A model generated the notes under the pieces. It was given only the letters and a program-made list of their open reading frames with translations, had not been told where the DNA came from and did no database searches. Of a DNA stretch of 64,000 nucleotides, positions 8,928-19,424 are shown one piece after another; position 1 is the stretch's first letter; each line of letters opens with the position of its first letter. The stretch is from Anaerolineae bacterium (GTDB lineage Bacteria > Chloroflexota > Anaerolineae > Anaerolineales > Villigracilaceae). The position numbers and the translations under genes are program-made. The stretch lies in NCBI GenBank assembly GCA_041479025.1, contig JBGOXG010000001.1, positions 8,262 through 72,261 of the forward strand. Reading direction: 5' to 3'.

Positions 8928-9959
8928 ATGAGCAACCCTTATGCGATTATTTTTGAAAACGTCAGCCGCCATTTCGGTGAAGTAAAAGCTGTTGATAATG
9001 TCAGCATGGAAATCAAAGACGGCGAATTTTTCTCGATGCTCGGTCCTTCAGGTTCAGGTAAGACAACCTGTTTACGCTTAATTGCTGGATTTGACCGCCC
9101 CACTACTGGACGAATCCTTCTTTATGGGCAGGATGTGTCCAACCTGCCACCTTATGAACGGCCAGTCAATACCGTTTTTCAAGATTATGCCTTATTCCCT
9201 CATATGACTGTAGGTGAGAACATCGCTTATGGGCTGATGGTTAAGAAAATTCCTAAGGGTGAGCGCGAAAAAAAAACTGAAGAAATGCTTGACCTGGTCA
9301 GGTTGTCAGGGTATGCAAGTAGAAAGCCCAACCAGCTTTCGGGAGGTCAAAGACAGCGTGTTGCACTTGCCCGGGCGCTGATCAATCATCCTAAAGTTCT
9401 TCTTTTGGATGAACCTCTGGGCGCATTAGATTTAAAACTAAGGCAGCAAATGCAGATTGAGCTGAAATCGCTTCAACAAAGAGTGGGGATTACTTTCATT
9501 TTTGTCACTCACGATCAGGAAGAAGCCTTGACCATGAGCGACAGGTTGGCGGTATTCAACCTGGGGAGGATTGAACAGGTGGGTCCATCTGCTGAGATTT
9601 ACGAACATCCAAAGACGCCATTTGTAGCGGGGTTTGTCGGCGTTTCAAACCTGATTTCTGGTGAAGCGGCTGAAAGAATAATCGGCGATTCTGGGACATT
9701 TTCTATACGACCCGAGAAAATTCATCTTCTCACCCCCGATTCTTCTGTACCCCCTGGGATGATTGAGGCTGAGGGGAAGGTTCGCGATGTAGTTTATCTT
9801 GGTCTTTTCACGCGTTATTTAGTTGAACTTGATGGTGGCGGTGATCTTGTAGTCGTTGAACAGAACTTGAAAACCACATCAATGGATGTGTTTTCAGCCC
9901 GGGGGAGGAAGGTTCGACTAATGTGGGCGCGTGAACATTCCCGCCGGATCGGAAACTAA
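8928..9959 (+). CDS. ABC transporter ATP-binding protein (PotA-like)
   Basis: Walker A GPSGSGKTT, signature LSGGQRQRVALARA, Walker B LLLDEPLGALD, and a C-terminal TOBE-like region. Start set at MSNPYAIIFENV. Confidence 0.9.
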   Translation: MSNPYAIIFENVSRHFGEVKAVDNVSMEIKDGEFFSMLGPSGSGKTTCLRLIAGFDRPTTGRILLYGQDVSNLPPYERPVNTVFQDYALFPHMTVGENIAYGLMVKKIPKGEREKKTEEMLDLVRLSGYASRKPNQLSGGQRQRVALARALINHPKVLLLDEPLGALDLKLRQQMQIELKSLQQRVGITFIFVTHDQEEALTMSDRLAVFNLGRIEQVGPSAEIYEHPKTPFVAGFVGVSNLISGEAAERIIGDSGTFSIRPEKIHLLTPDSSVPPGMIEAEGKVRDVVYLGLFTRYLVELDGGGDLVVVEQNLKTTSMDVFSARGRKVRLMWAREHSRRIGN

Positions 9960-9960
9960 G

Positions 9961-10863
9961 ATGAGCCGCGTTTCCACAGTGCTGTACAGGCATCCGCGAC
10001 TGGTTCTACTGCTTTTACTCATGTTGCCGCTATTGTGGATGGTAGTTATCTACCTGGGTTCTCTTGCGAATCTCTTAATCAATAGCTTTTACTATCTTGA
10101 TGGGTATACCGGTCAAATTGTACGAAAATTCACCCTGCAGACCTATCATGATTTGGTTACTCGTTCGAATTTTGAAATATTCCTTCGTACTACATCTATG
10201 GCATTGGCCGTAACTGTCGCAGATGCGATACTGGCTTTCCCATTGGCATACTACATTGCCAAGTTCGCTTCCTCGCGTGCAAAAATGTGGTTATACCTGG
10301 CTGTGATTTTACCGTTGTGGTCGAGCTATCTGGTGCGAGTATATGCATGGAAATTGATCCTAGCGAAAGAAGGCATCCTCTCCTGGTTCTTGAACCTTCT
10401 GCATCTAGATGGCGGATTGAAAGCAATCCTATCAATTCCGGGGATCGGAGGTCCGTCACTTTCACTTTCACCCTTAGGCATGTTCATCGTCTTCTGTTAT
10501 GTCTGGTTGCCGTATATGATAATTCCGATTCAGACCGCGCTTGAACGCGTCCCTCGCTCAATGGAGGAGGCTTCGAGTGATTTAGGCGCAAAACCCCTTG
10601 AAACTTTTGGATTCATTGTTCTGCCACTTTCTTTGCCCGGGGTGATTGCAGGTTCGATTTTTACTTTTTCATTAACATTAGGGGACTTCATTATTCCACT
10701 TGCACTTGGCAACTCCAAGTATTTCATCGGTCAGGCAGTATACGCTCAACAAGGAACAGCAGGAAATGTGCCCCTCGCTGCCGCGATGACAGTCGTGCCA
10801 ATCGTCATTATGATCATTTATCTTCTGACTGCAAAAAGGATGGGAGCGTTTGATGCACTATAA
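9961..10863 (+). CDS. ABC transporter permease (PotB-like)
   Basis: Six or more hydrophobic helices and an EAA-like loop ([26 protein letters not shown]). Start ATG is 1 nt after the ATPase stop. Confidence 0.85.
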   Translation: MSRVSTVLYRHPRLVLLLLLMLPLLWMVVIYLGSLANLLINSFYYLDGYTGQIVRKFTLQTYHDLVTRSNFEIFLRTTSMALAVTVADAILAFPLAYYIAKFASSRAKMWLYLAVILPLWSSYLVRVYAWKLILAKEGILSWFLNLLHLDGGLKAILSIPGIGGPSLSLSPLGMFIVFCYVWLPYMIIPIQTALERVPRSMEEASSDLGAKPLETFGFIVLPLSLPGVIAGSIFTFSLTLGDFIIPLALGNSKYFIGQAVYAQQGTAGNVPLAAAMTVVPIVIMIIYLLTAKRMGAFDAL

Positions 10864-11674
10864 TACTGCTCCTACTGATCGGCCAAGAACGCCGCTAGGA
10901 ATATTACTGGGCGCAATTTTCACCCTTCTATTCCTGCATGTGCCATTGTTAATTATTTTAATTTATGCTTTCACGACAGATGAAGCAACATATACATTCC
11001 CTTTGCCTGGTATTACAACTAAATGGTTTGGTGAGGCGTTACGACGAGTAGATTTATGGCAATCGATAAGGCTCTCGCTGGAAGTCGCATTTATTGCAAC
11101 GCTTATCGCCCTGATTTTGGGCACGCTTGCAGCAGCTGCTGTTTATCGAACCGATTTTTTTGGGAAAGAGTCGATCTCGTTTCTATTAATATTACCGCTT
11201 GCATTACCTGGTATCGTCACAGGTATAGCCTTGCGTGCCACCCTGGGTAGTTTTGGGATCCCTTTTAGTTTCTGGACAATTGTAGTTGGACATGCCACAT
11301 TCTGTGTCGTGGTTGTTTATAACAACGTCCTCGCACGCCTTCGCAGGACGAGTGCGTCGCTGATTGAAGCTTCAATGGATCTTGGCGCAAACGCTTTTCA
11401 AACCTTCAGGTATGTTTTATTTCCCCAGATAGCTACCGCTCTTCTGGCAGGAGGAATGCTTGCGTTTGCACTTTCCTTCGATGAGGTGATTGTCACAACA
11501 TTTACAGCCGGTCAACAAATGACCCTTCCAATCTGGATATTTAGCCAGTTGACCCGTCCTCGTGACCGCCCGGTGACAAATGTTGTCGCCCTGTTTGTAA
11601 TCTTGATTACATTTATCCCTATCATAATTTCCCATCGGCTTACAACTCAAGCGGCAGATACTGAGGGAAAATAG
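10853..11674 (+). CDS. ABC transporter permease (PotC-like)
   Basis: EAA loop [23 protein letters not shown]. Overlaps the preceding permease gene by 11 nt. Confidence 0.85.
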   Translation: MHYNTAPTDRPRTPLGILLGAIFTLLFLHVPLLIILIYAFTTDEATYTFPLPGITTKWFGEALRRVDLWQSIRLSLEVAFIATLIALILGTLAAAAVYRTDFFGKESISFLLILPLALPGIVTGIALRATLGSFGIPFSFWTIVVGHATFCVVVVYNNVLARLRRTSASLIEASMDLGANAFQTFRYVLFPQIATALLAGGMLAFALSFDEVIVTTFTAGQQMTLPIWIFSQLTRPRDRPVTNVVALFVILITFIPIIISHRLTTQAADTEGK

Positions 11675-11691
11675 TTGGATTATCTTTGAAG

Positions 11692-11722
11692 ACGGGCTAT
11701 CTATCAGGTAGCCCGAATCTTT
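11692..11722 (+). terminator. Rho-independent-type terminator after the ABC operon
   Basis: CGGGCTA (11692..11698) pairs with TAGCCCG (11708..11714), followed by AATCTTTTT. Confidence 0.45.
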
Positions 11723-11835
11723 TTCTGGATACATTTGCCTTCATGTTTCAATAAATAATTCTTAAAAGGGCTTTCAAATCTACTATTTGGTATGTGGTTG
11801 ATTATAATAAGGGATAATCTATTCAAAGGGTTATT

Positions 11836-13266
11836 ATGGAATACGAAGCAGTCATTGGTCTTGAAACTCATATTCAACTCAATACCATCACAAAGATATT
11901 CTGCTCTTGTAAAGCAGATTCTTGGTTCGACCCTCCCAATACCAACATCTGCCCGGTATGCACCGGGATGCCAGGCGTTTTACCCGTGTTGAATAAAGCG
12001 GCCGTCGAGAAAGGTGTTCTGCTGGCAACCGCGATGAAAGCCGATATTCAATCCGTGTCTTTTTTTGATCGGAAGAATTATTTTTACCCGGATCTGCCAA
12101 AGGGATATCAGATTTCTCAATACGACCGCCCATTAGCCAGGGGCGGCTACATGGATGTGCCAATGCCTGACGGGCAAACACGACGAGTGAAGATATGGAA
12201 ATTGCATTTGGAAGAAGATGCTGGAAAAACAAAGAATGAAATGGGACGCAGGCTTATAGACTTTAATCGCTGTGGTGTTCCGTTGGTTGAGATGGTGACA
12301 AGCCCAGACATCCGAACTGCCGATGAAGCGGCGCAGTACCTGATCCGATTGCGTCAATTGTTGCGTTGGATCGGTGTTTCTGAAGCGGATATGGAAAGGG
12401 GTCATTTGCGATGCGATGCCAATGTCTCTATTCGGCCTTTGGGTGTTGATTATCTGAATCCTAAAACCGAAATAAAGAACGTTAATTCGATCGATGCGGT
12501 CCGCGAGGCCATTGAAAAAGAAATCGAACGCCAGGAACGCGAATATGATGCAGGTCGAAAAATCGAGGCTTGGACACTTGAGTGGGATGAAGATTCCCAA
12601 GTGTTACGAAAGATGCGGTCTAAGGAAACTGAAGCAGATTACCGATACTTTCGGGAACCGGATTTGCTTCCAATCACGCTTGACGATGCCTGGAAACAAC
12701 AGATACTTGCTAATTTCCCGGAGTTACCCCTTGACAGGCGCACTCGTTTCGTTGATGAATACGGCATACCAGAGTATGACGCTGAGATATTAACAGGTGA
12801 GCACTCTTTGTCAGATTATTTTGAGGTATCTGTAAAGGTGTATGGAGGCGATCCCAAACGGGTCTCCAACTGGTTGATCAATGACGTGATGCGAATTATG
12901 AATGCGAGTGGCAAGACAGCTGGAGAATTAATGCTGACTTCCGAATACCTCGCCAGGATTATTAAACTAGTTGACGCGGGTACCGTGAATTCAAGCACTG
13001 GGAAATCGTTATTGGAAAAGGTAAATATTACAGGCAAATCACCTGAACAAATTGTGAATGAAGAAGGCCTGGCAAAGGTTAGTGATGACCAGGCTATCCG
13101 GGCGATAGTGCATGAAGTCCTTACTGAAAGCCCACAGGAAGTTGCCAGTTTTAGAGCCGGCAAAGTAACGCTAATGGGATGGTTTGTCGGGCAGGTGATG
13201 AAAAAAATGCGCGGAAAAGCTGATCCGCAGGTGGTAAAAACAGCCCTGGAAGAAATGTTGAAATAA
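11836..13266 (+). CDS. gatB: Asp/Glu-tRNA amidotransferase subunit B
   Basis: MEYEAVIGLETHIQLNT..KIFC, CPVC.G.PG.LPVLN, and a C-terminal YqeY-like tail. 476 aa. Confidence 0.95.
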   Translation: MEYEAVIGLETHIQLNTITKIFCSCKADSWFDPPNTNICPVCTGMPGVLPVLNKAAVEKGVLLATAMKADIQSVSFFDRKNYFYPDLPKGYQISQYDRPLARGGYMDVPMPDGQTRRVKIWKLHLEEDAGKTKNEMGRRLIDFNRCGVPLVEMVTSPDIRTADEAAQYLIRLRQLLRWIGVSEADMERGHLRCDANVSIRPLGVDYLNPKTEIKNVNSIDAVREAIEKEIERQEREYDAGRKIEAWTLEWDEDSQVLRKMRSKETEADYRYFREPDLLPITLDDAWKQQILANFPELPLDRRTRFVDEYGIPEYDAEILTGEHSLSDYFEVSVKVYGGDPKRVSNWLINDVMRIMNASGKTAGELMLTSEYLARIIKLVDAGTVNSSTGKSLLEKVNITGKSPEQIVNEEGLAKVSDDQAIRAIVHEVLTESPQEVASFRAGKVTLMGWFVGQVMKKMRGKADPQVVKTALEEMLK

Positions 13267-13300
13267 TGCTCTATGCATCCCCTGATTTCCTGATGAGTAA

Positions 13301-14752
13301 TTGAGTTTGAAAATCTCGAAAATTCCCTTCCCTTGGTTTATTTTTATTATTGCACTTGTCATTAGGTTGTTGCCTGTTATCCTTGCGCGTCATATGGGCA
13401 TAGGGCTGGATGACATGTTCCAATATGACATGCTGGGCCGAAGCATTATTACCGGTAATGGCTATCGGTGGTATGGGCAGGACGACCTTTATCTCGTAAA
13501 GAATTACATACCATTTGATCTTTCGACGGTAGATTACGATCCGCGTGGCGTTTTGACTTCATTCCGCCCACCGTTATATCCTGTATTCCTTGCCATTATA
13601 TATTTCTTTAATGGGATAACTGCAGATCGATTTTTTATTGCAAGGCTTGTCCAGGCAATGCTGAATGCATTACTTGTCCCAATGACTTATCTGGCTGCCC
13701 GGCAGTTTTTTCCTAATCATCCACGTACCGCCCAGTGGTCGGCTTGGGTGTTAGCGCTTTATCCGATGATGGTGATCTATCCCCTGTCGCTGGCAACCGA
13801 AAACCTTTTTTTTGTTTTGGTGCTGGCCTCTGTTCTGGCATTACTCAAAGCAGGAAAGGTTCAAGGGGTCGGTTGGTATGCGCTGACCGGTATGCTTATC
13901 GGATTATCTGCGCTCACGCGATCCGTGATTATGCCTCTGGGTATCATCGCTGCCTTATGGGCTTGGCTAGTCTTGAGGAATTGGAAAGGCGCGGCGGTGA
14001 TCTTTGTAACCATGATTGCCGTATGCCTGCCATGGATTATCCGGAATTCGCTGCTGCATGGTCGCTTGGTGGGGATTGAGAGTTCCCTCGGTTACAATCT
14101 ATATGTAGGGTATCATCCTAAAAGCACCGGTACATTTCAATATGGGATTTCCCTGGATTTGATTCCCATGCTGGATGACGGGCTACGCGATAAAATTGGG
14201 ACCGCCAAGGCGATCGAGTTTATCCGGGCTGATCCATCTCGCGTCCCAGTGCTTGCGTTAATGCGCCTCGGACATTTTTTTGGTCTTGAGCGCCGCGCGC
14301 TGACTTATTTCTATTCCAACAATTTCTTTGGGTACATATCCACACCATTGCTTCTAACCTTGGCTTTGCTATTGTTGCTCCCATTTATGGTGGTCAGCAC
14401 ATCGTCTGCGTTTGGTTTGATCCTGGCTGATTGGCGCAGGCAAGAAGTCATCTTGCTAGGGTTGGTTTTACTGACCTACCTGTCTCCGCACGTGTTGATT
14501 CTGGCAGAGGATCGGTTCCACTTGACGATTATCCCTTTTCTGGCGATCCTGGCTGCCCGTTGTTGGGATGGGGGATATATGGATCTGAAAAGTCAGTATA
14601 ATCGTTCAAGAACCGGAAAGATCCTAGTTATCGTTGCATGTCTTGCCGTTACCCTGCTCTTTATTAACTGGGGATATGAGCTCTCCCGCGATTCCGATAA
14701 ACTCATGCTCTTATTCGGACCGAATGGTAACCACACGGGTTTCCCTTATTAA
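13301..14752 (+). CDS. GT-C fold membrane glycosyltransferase (family 39/ArnT-like)
   Basis: 483 aa and highly hydrophobic. First-loop acidic motif GLDDMFQYD. TTG start as given by the ORF track. Confidence 0.6.
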   Translation: MSLKISKIPFPWFIFIIALVIRLLPVILARHMGIGLDDMFQYDMLGRSIITGNGYRWYGQDDLYLVKNYIPFDLSTVDYDPRGVLTSFRPPLYPVFLAIIYFFNGITADRFFIARLVQAMLNALLVPMTYLAARQFFPNHPRTAQWSAWVLALYPMMVIYPLSLATENLFFVLVLASVLALLKAGKVQGVGWYALTGMLIGLSALTRSVIMPLGIIAALWAWLVLRNWKGAAVIFVTMIAVCLPWIIRNSLLHGRLVGIESSLGYNLYVGYHPKSTGTFQYGISLDLIPMLDDGLRDKIGTAKAIEFIRADPSRVPVLALMRLGHFFGLERRALTYFYSNNFFGYISTPLLLTLALLLLLPFMVVSTSSAFGLILADWRRQEVILLGLVLLTYLSPHVLILAEDRFHLTIIPFLAILAARCWDGGYMDLKSQYNRSRTGKILVIVACLAVTLLFINWGYELSRDSDKLMLLFGPNGNHTGFPY

Positions 14753-14756
14753 ACAT

Positions 14757-15377
14757 ATGATCCGCAAACTGTTCACAATCAATGCTCGCCTGGATTGGAA
14801 GATCGCCGTACTGACTGTAGTTAGTACTTTGGTCATCATGGTTGAGCGTTATAACCAATTGACGAAGTGGGAATCGCTTGATCGATTCCTATTGTTTTTC
14901 GTACTCCCATTGGCGATTACCTTATTTGTTTTTAAGGAAAATCCACGTGAGTATGGATTTCAATTGGGTGACTGGCGTGCGGGTCTGGTATTGACACTGG
15001 GATCGATTTTGCTTATCGCGCCTATCTTGTATTTTCTCGCCCATTCAGATCCTTCCATGAAAGACTATTATAATTGGCAGCTTCAATTGCTCCCCTGGGA
15101 TACAATGGTGCAATTATTTGCCTGGGAATTCCTTTTTCGGGGTTGGTTGCTTTTTGGGTACGCCCGAAAGTTCGGAGCAGAGGCAATCTGGCTTCAGGCG
15201 GTTCCTTTTGCTCTCGCTCACATTGGCAAGCCGGAGGTTGAGACTCTCTCTACAATTTTCGGTGGCTTCGTCTTCGGCTGGATAGCCTATCGCACGCGTT
15301 CATTTCTCTATCCATTTATTATCCACTTTTTTGTCTCGTCGTTTACTATCATTGTCGCTGCAGGTGTCCTTGGCTGA
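14757..15377 (+). CDS. CPBP family intramembrane glutamic endopeptidase (CAAX protease-like)
   Basis: Motifs WEFLFRG and FALAHIG...HFFVSS are characteristic of the CPBP/Abi family. Start set at MIRKLF, 2 nt after the preceding stop. The ORF track start at 14634 overlaps the upstream gene. Confidence 0.8.
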   Translation: MIRKLFTINARLDWKIAVLTVVSTLVIMVERYNQLTKWESLDRFLLFFVLPLAITLFVFKENPREYGFQLGDWRAGLVLTLGSILLIAPILYFLAHSDPSMKDYYNWQLQLLPWDTMVQLFAWEFLFRGWLLFGYARKFGAEAIWLQAVPFALAHIGKPEVETLSTIFGGFVFGWIAYRTRSFLYPFIIHFFVSSFTIIVAAGVLG

Positions 15378-15813
15378 TTATTCGGTTCGACCAGCTTCAG
15401 AGGAAGACTCCATTATTATCCGGGCTATGGTTCGGGCAGCAAGGATCAATCCCACCGGACTGGATTGGCGTCGCTTCCTCGTGGCTGTTGCACCTGATGG
15501 AAAGGTGGTCGGATGCGGTCAGATAAAACCGCATGGTGACGGTTCAAGAGAGCTTGCATCCATTGTTGTGGAGCTAGAATTTCGTGGAAAGGGTGTAGCG
15601 CGCTTAATAATCGAACAATTAATAATGAAAAATTCACCGCCCTTATATTTAATGTGCCGTTCAAAGTTGGGATTATTTTATAAGAAATTTGGCTTCAGTC
15701 CATTAAGTGCCGAAGAAATGCCTGCATATTTCCTCCGAATGTCTCAGTTGGCGAAGATTTTTTCGATTATGGCAAGGGATGGAGAATCCTTACTTGTCAT
15801 GAAATGCGATTGA
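15370..15813 (+). CDS. GNAT family N-acetyltransferase
   Basis: VVGCGQIK....RELASIVVELEFRGKGVARLIIEQL is a GNAT motif A region. The start is uncertain: candidates are TTG 15370, GTG 15364 and ATG 15331. Confidence 0.7.
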   Translation: MADYSVRPASEEDSIIIRAMVRAARINPTGLDWRRFLVAVAPDGKVVGCGQIKPHGDGSRELASIVVELEFRGKGVARLIIEQLIMKNSPPLYLMCRSKLGLFYKKFGFSPLSAEEMPAYFLRMSQLAKIFSIMARDGESLLVMKCD

Positions 15814-15826
15814 ACAGGAGACAATA

Positions 15827-16360
15827 ATGAAGACTATCCTGTATATCGTGATGGGGATTTTGGTGGGGGTGTTGCTATCTGCATTAATCTGGTTGGTAGC
15901 GACTCCTCCGCGTGGAGAAATCATTAAGCTCATTCCGCCTCCAACGCAAATGCCCATCATGGTTCATGTTACTGGCGCTGTGGTTTCACCAGGCTTGTAT
16001 TCTCTCCCTCAGGATAGTCGGGTAAACGATGCAATTAAGGCTGCAGGCGGATTTCTCGAAAATGCTGATACCTCTTTTATCAATTTGGCTGCGACTGTCA
16101 AGGATGGCGACCAGATTCATGTCCCTGAGTTAATGCCCGGATTATCCATTGGTGGGGCTGGATTATTGGTGAATTTAAATACCGCCACGCAGGCAGAATT
16201 GGAAAATCTGCCTGGAATTGGACCAACTTTGGCGCAGAGAATTATCGAATATCGTACTCAGTATGGATTCTTCGATACGATTGATGCTCTGAAGAATGTA
16301 CCTGGAATAGGCGAAGCGACATTTGAGGAGATTAAAGAATTAATAACTGTGGGTCCATAA
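15827..16360 (+). CDS. comEA: ComEA family DNA-binding protein (SLBB plus helix-hairpin-helix)
   Basis: N-terminal TM helix, SLBB-like GLYSLPQDSRVNDAIKAAGG, and C-terminal HhH LNTATQAELENLPGIGPTLAQRIIEYR...L..VPGIGEATFE. Confidence 0.85.
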   Translation: MKTILYIVMGILVGVLLSALIWLVATPPRGEIIKLIPPPTQMPIMVHVTGAVVSPGLYSLPQDSRVNDAIKAAGGFLENADTSFINLAATVKDGDQIHVPELMPGLSIGGAGLLVNLNTATQAELENLPGIGPTLAQRIIEYRTQYGFFDTIDALKNVPGIGEATFEEIKELITVGP

Positions 16361-16921
16361 ATGGCAGGTTTTGACCACTTTACTCATTTCGCGCCATATT
16401 ACGATCGTGCCATTCCATTCAAAGCACTAGAAACTCTTCTTATGCATGGAGGTTTTACCGGAGATGAAATCGTTCTTGATGCCGGAGGGGGTACCGGTAG
16501 GGTTGCCTCAACCATCAGACCTTTTGTTCGAGAAGTCGTCGTCGCTGATCTTTCTAAGGGGATGCTTCGGCAAGCGTTGCGAAAAGGATTGGCGACTATT
16601 CTCACTCCAGTTGAGTTTCTTCCAATTCGGAGCGGAATCTTCGACCGGATTCTGATGATTGATGCTTTGCATCATGTCAATAATCAAGTTGAAACCGCCC
16701 AGGAACTATGGCGCACATTGAAGCCCGGGGGCATGATTATTATTGAAGAACCGGATGTACGAAGATTTCCGGTGAAGATCGTCGCGCTTGCAGAACGGAT
16801 TGCGCTAATGCGCAGCCATTTCCTACCCCCGGCTGAAATCGCTGATCTCTTTCGGAAGTTTTCGTCTAGGGTAACAATTTATTACGAAGGTTTTAATACC
16901 TGGGTTATCGTGAGGAAATAG
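16361..16921 (+). CDS. Class I SAM-dependent methyltransferase
   Basis: Motif I VLDAGGGTGR and post-I acidic residue. The ATG immediately follows the comEA stop. Confidence 0.8.
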   Translation: MAGFDHFTHFAPYYDRAIPFKALETLLMHGGFTGDEIVLDAGGGTGRVASTIRPFVREVVVADLSKGMLRQALRKGLATILTPVEFLPIRSGIFDRILMIDALHHVNNQVETAQELWRTLKPGGMIIIEEPDVRRFPVKIVALAERIALMRSHFLPPAEIADLFRKFSSRVTIYYEGFNTWVIVRK

Positions 16922-16965
16922 AGCCATCATCCAATAAGTTGTAGAGAATGTCTCTTCGCACCTGC

Positions 16966-18114
16966 TTATTTAATAACATGCCGTGCAATGACCATTCGCT
17001 GGATTTCACTTGTCCCTTCGCCGATCGTCATCAGGCGTGCATCCCGATAGATACGCTCGACAGGATACTCCCGACTGTAGCCATAACCCCCGTGGATTTG
17101 AATTGCGTTCCGGCAAACTCGTTCTGCCATCTCGGTCGCATATAATTTAGCCTTGGAAGCCTCAAGGGTAAATGTGCGCCCCTGTTGTTTAAGCCATGCG
17201 GCGCGGTAAACCATCAAACGGGCAGCATCGATCTCCGTGGCGGCATCTGCCAACATCCATTGAATTGCTTGATTGTGGGAGATGGGTGCGCCAAAGGTTT
17301 GCCGGTCCCTGGAATAGTCTCGCGCATATTCGAACGCTGCCTGCGCGAGTCCCACCGATAATGCTCCAATGCTGATGCGGCCGTTGTCCAATGTCGCAAG
17401 AGTCTGTTGCAATCCGTGCCCTTCTTCGCCAATCAGGTTGGTCAAAGGCACACGGACATCTTCATAGGTTACTGCATTTGTTGGCGAACCTTTAAGCCCC
17501 ATCTTTTTCTCAGGAGGACCGATTCGCAGACCCGGAGCGTTGGTGGGAACAAGGATCATACTTAACGAATGCGGCCCAGGTTCCGGGTTTGTTCGTACGA
17601 AAGTAATAATATATTCGGCGATTGAAGCATTCGTGGTCCACATCTTCGTTCCATTAATGACCCACTCATTACCTTGTTTTTCTGCCTTTGTGATAATACC
17701 CTGCAGATCAGATCCGGCTCCAGGTTCAGTTAATGCAAGCGAAGCGAGTTTGCCTTTTCCGCTCGAAACAAGTGGTAACCAATATTGCTTAAGATTTTCT
17801 GATCCAAATTGAACGATGGGTGTGATCCCTAATCCATTGTGGGCAGCAATGGCGAGAGCCGTCGATCCGCAGCCCCACCCAATTTCTTCTATCCCGATCG
17901 CTGAACTTATTGCATCAATACCTGCGCCCCCGTATTCTTCAGGGATGTTCAATCCCAGCAATCCAAGTGGACCCATCTTGCGGACAGCATTCCAATTAAA
18001 TTCCCCGGTTTCGTCTACTTCATGTGCCTTGGGTTGGATTTCCCTGGCAACGAATTCGTGCACGGTTTGTTGCCACATTCGTTGTTCGGAATTCAATTCA
18101 AAGTCCATAAGCAC
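16966..18114 (-). CDS. Acyl-CoA dehydrogenase
   Basis: LALTEPGAGSDL, ...IGEGTSEIQRMVIAR. 382 aa. Second ACAD paralogue in the window. Confidence 0.9.
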   Translation of the reverse strand: MLMDFELNSEQRMWQQTVHEFVAREIQPKAHEVDETGEFNWNAVRKMGPLGLLGLNIPEEYGGAGIDAISSAIGIEEIGWGCGSTALAIAAHNGLGITPIVQFGSENLKQYWLPLVSSGKGKLASLALTEPGAGSDLQGIITKAEKQGNEWVINGTKMWTTNASIAEYIITFVRTNPEPGPHSLSMILVPTNAPGLRIGPPEKKMGLKGSPTNAVTYEDVRVPLTNLIGEEGHGLQQTLATLDNGRISIGALSVGLAQAAFEYARDYSRDRQTFGAPISHNQAIQWMLADAATEIDAARLMVYRAAWLKQQGRTFTLEASKAKLYATEMAERVCRNAIQIHGGYGYSREYPVERIYRDARLMTIGEGTSEIQRMVIARHVIK

Positions 18115-18189
18115 TCCTTTTGCTCATTCGATGAGATATACGCACGATGATTATGTCCATCAAGATTGGGCTTCTCTGATAATTCTCAT

Positions 18190-18465
18190 TTATTCATCGT
18201 CAATCGTGTCCGAATTGGATTCCTTATCATTTTCGTTTCCAGATTCAAAAGATTCTAGGAAAATACGGGCATCATCGATTCGTTCTTTCGGAACGAACAC
18301 TTGAACCATCGCAAGAGGTCCAATATTGACAGGATAAATATCTCGACCTGCTCCCTCTTGGAATAATTGAACCGGAATACCTTCAGCTTCAAGAAAGGAT
18401 TTCAACATATCTGCCTCGAGGCGTCCGTAAATCTCAGTAAGAAGTTCCCACTTGAGAGTATTCAT
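18190..18465 (-). CDS. Small DUF2007-like (putative signal-transducing) protein with acidic tail
   Basis: 91 aa. EADMLKSFLEAEGIPVQL...V.VFVPKERIDDARIFL resembles the DUF2007 fold family. Weak call. Confidence 0.5.
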   Translation of the reverse strand: MNTLKWELLTEIYGRLEADMLKSFLEAEGIPVQLFQEGAGRDIYPVNIGPLAMVQVFVPKERIDDARIFLESFESGNENDKESNSDTIDDE

Positions 18466-18741
18466 GCTGACCTCCAGACTATTATGAACAGTGCAGTAAA
18501 CAAAAAGCTAACGATGCATGATCTTGCGGCAGAGCAATCGTGCGACGAAATAGTGAAGGCGCTTTCATCAACAGAATTATAAATCAATCATCTTTGCACT
18601 GGTTGTTGCAACGCATTGTATCATTGTACGATTGTGATATTCGGTGCAGACCGTTACCTGAAATTATGCACAATGTCACATGATAGTGAGGTACAATTAA
18701 GATGAATTTTGCCTGATTTCACCATCAGTTTGGGAGGTGAT

Positions 18742-19359
18742 ATGGTTTTTGAAAGAGACCCTTTGTCGGTTGATGTTGGCTCACGCCTACGACAATTGCG
18801 CGAAGAACAGCATAGCTCGATGCGGGGATTGGCAATAAAAAGCGGGCTTTCTGCCAATGCACTCAGCATGATTGAACGAGGAAAGACATCTCCTTCTGTG
18901 AGTACGCTCTATAAGCTTTCTGACGCATTGGGGGTGCCGATCACCGAATTTTTTAACCAGCAGCTTGAACGCCAGAAAGTCGTATTTCTTAAGGCTGACG
19001 AGCGACCTCATATTTCTTTCATGCGCGGAAGTCTGGAAGGGTTGGGTGGGGAACTATTCGTTGGAAAAGTATCACCTTTCCTGGTGACTTTGGAGAATGG
19101 TGCGAGCAGTGGTCCAACACAAATGGCGCATACCGGGCATGAATTCGTGTTTTGTCTACGTGGAAAATTGGAGTATCACGTTGAAAATCATGTTTATATG
19201 CTCGAAGCTGGAGACAGTCTTTTGTTTGCAGCACTGTTAAAACACAGCTGGCGTAATTCAGCTGGGAATGTGGCCAATGCGCTCATCATTATTTCCGAAC
19301 ATTCTGAAAGCGCACAGTCACTGGGGCAACACTGGCGTGAAAAAGGCATAAAGACTTAA
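18742..19359 (+). CDS. XRE-family HTH plus cupin domain transcriptional regulator
   Basis: HTH LRQLREEQHSSMRGLAIKSGLSANALSMIERGKTSPSVSTLYKLSDALGV, with a C-terminal cupin (HTGHEFVFCLRGKLEY...GDSLLF). GGAGGTG RBS precedes the ATG at 18742. Confidence 0.85.
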   Translation: MVFERDPLSVDVGSRLRQLREEQHSSMRGLAIKSGLSANALSMIERGKTSPSVSTLYKLSDALGVPITEFFNQQLERQKVVFLKADERPHISFMRGSLEGLGGELFVGKVSPFLVTLENGASSGPTQMAHTGHEFVFCLRGKLEYHVENHVYMLEAGDSLLFAALLKHSWRNSAGNVANALIIISEHSESAQSLGQHWREKGIKT

Positions 19360-19361
19360 AT

Positions 19362-19402
19362 AAAAAGACGGGTGCAGTTCAGTTCAAGCACCCGTCTTTT
19401 TT
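19362..19402. terminator. Bidirectional rho-independent terminator between convergent genes
   Basis: AAAGACGGGTGC (19364..19375) pairs with GCACCCGTCTTT (19388..19399). It is flanked by an A-run and a T-run. Confidence 0.65.
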
Positions 19403-19424
19403 CTATCAGTTGGACTGGATTTTG

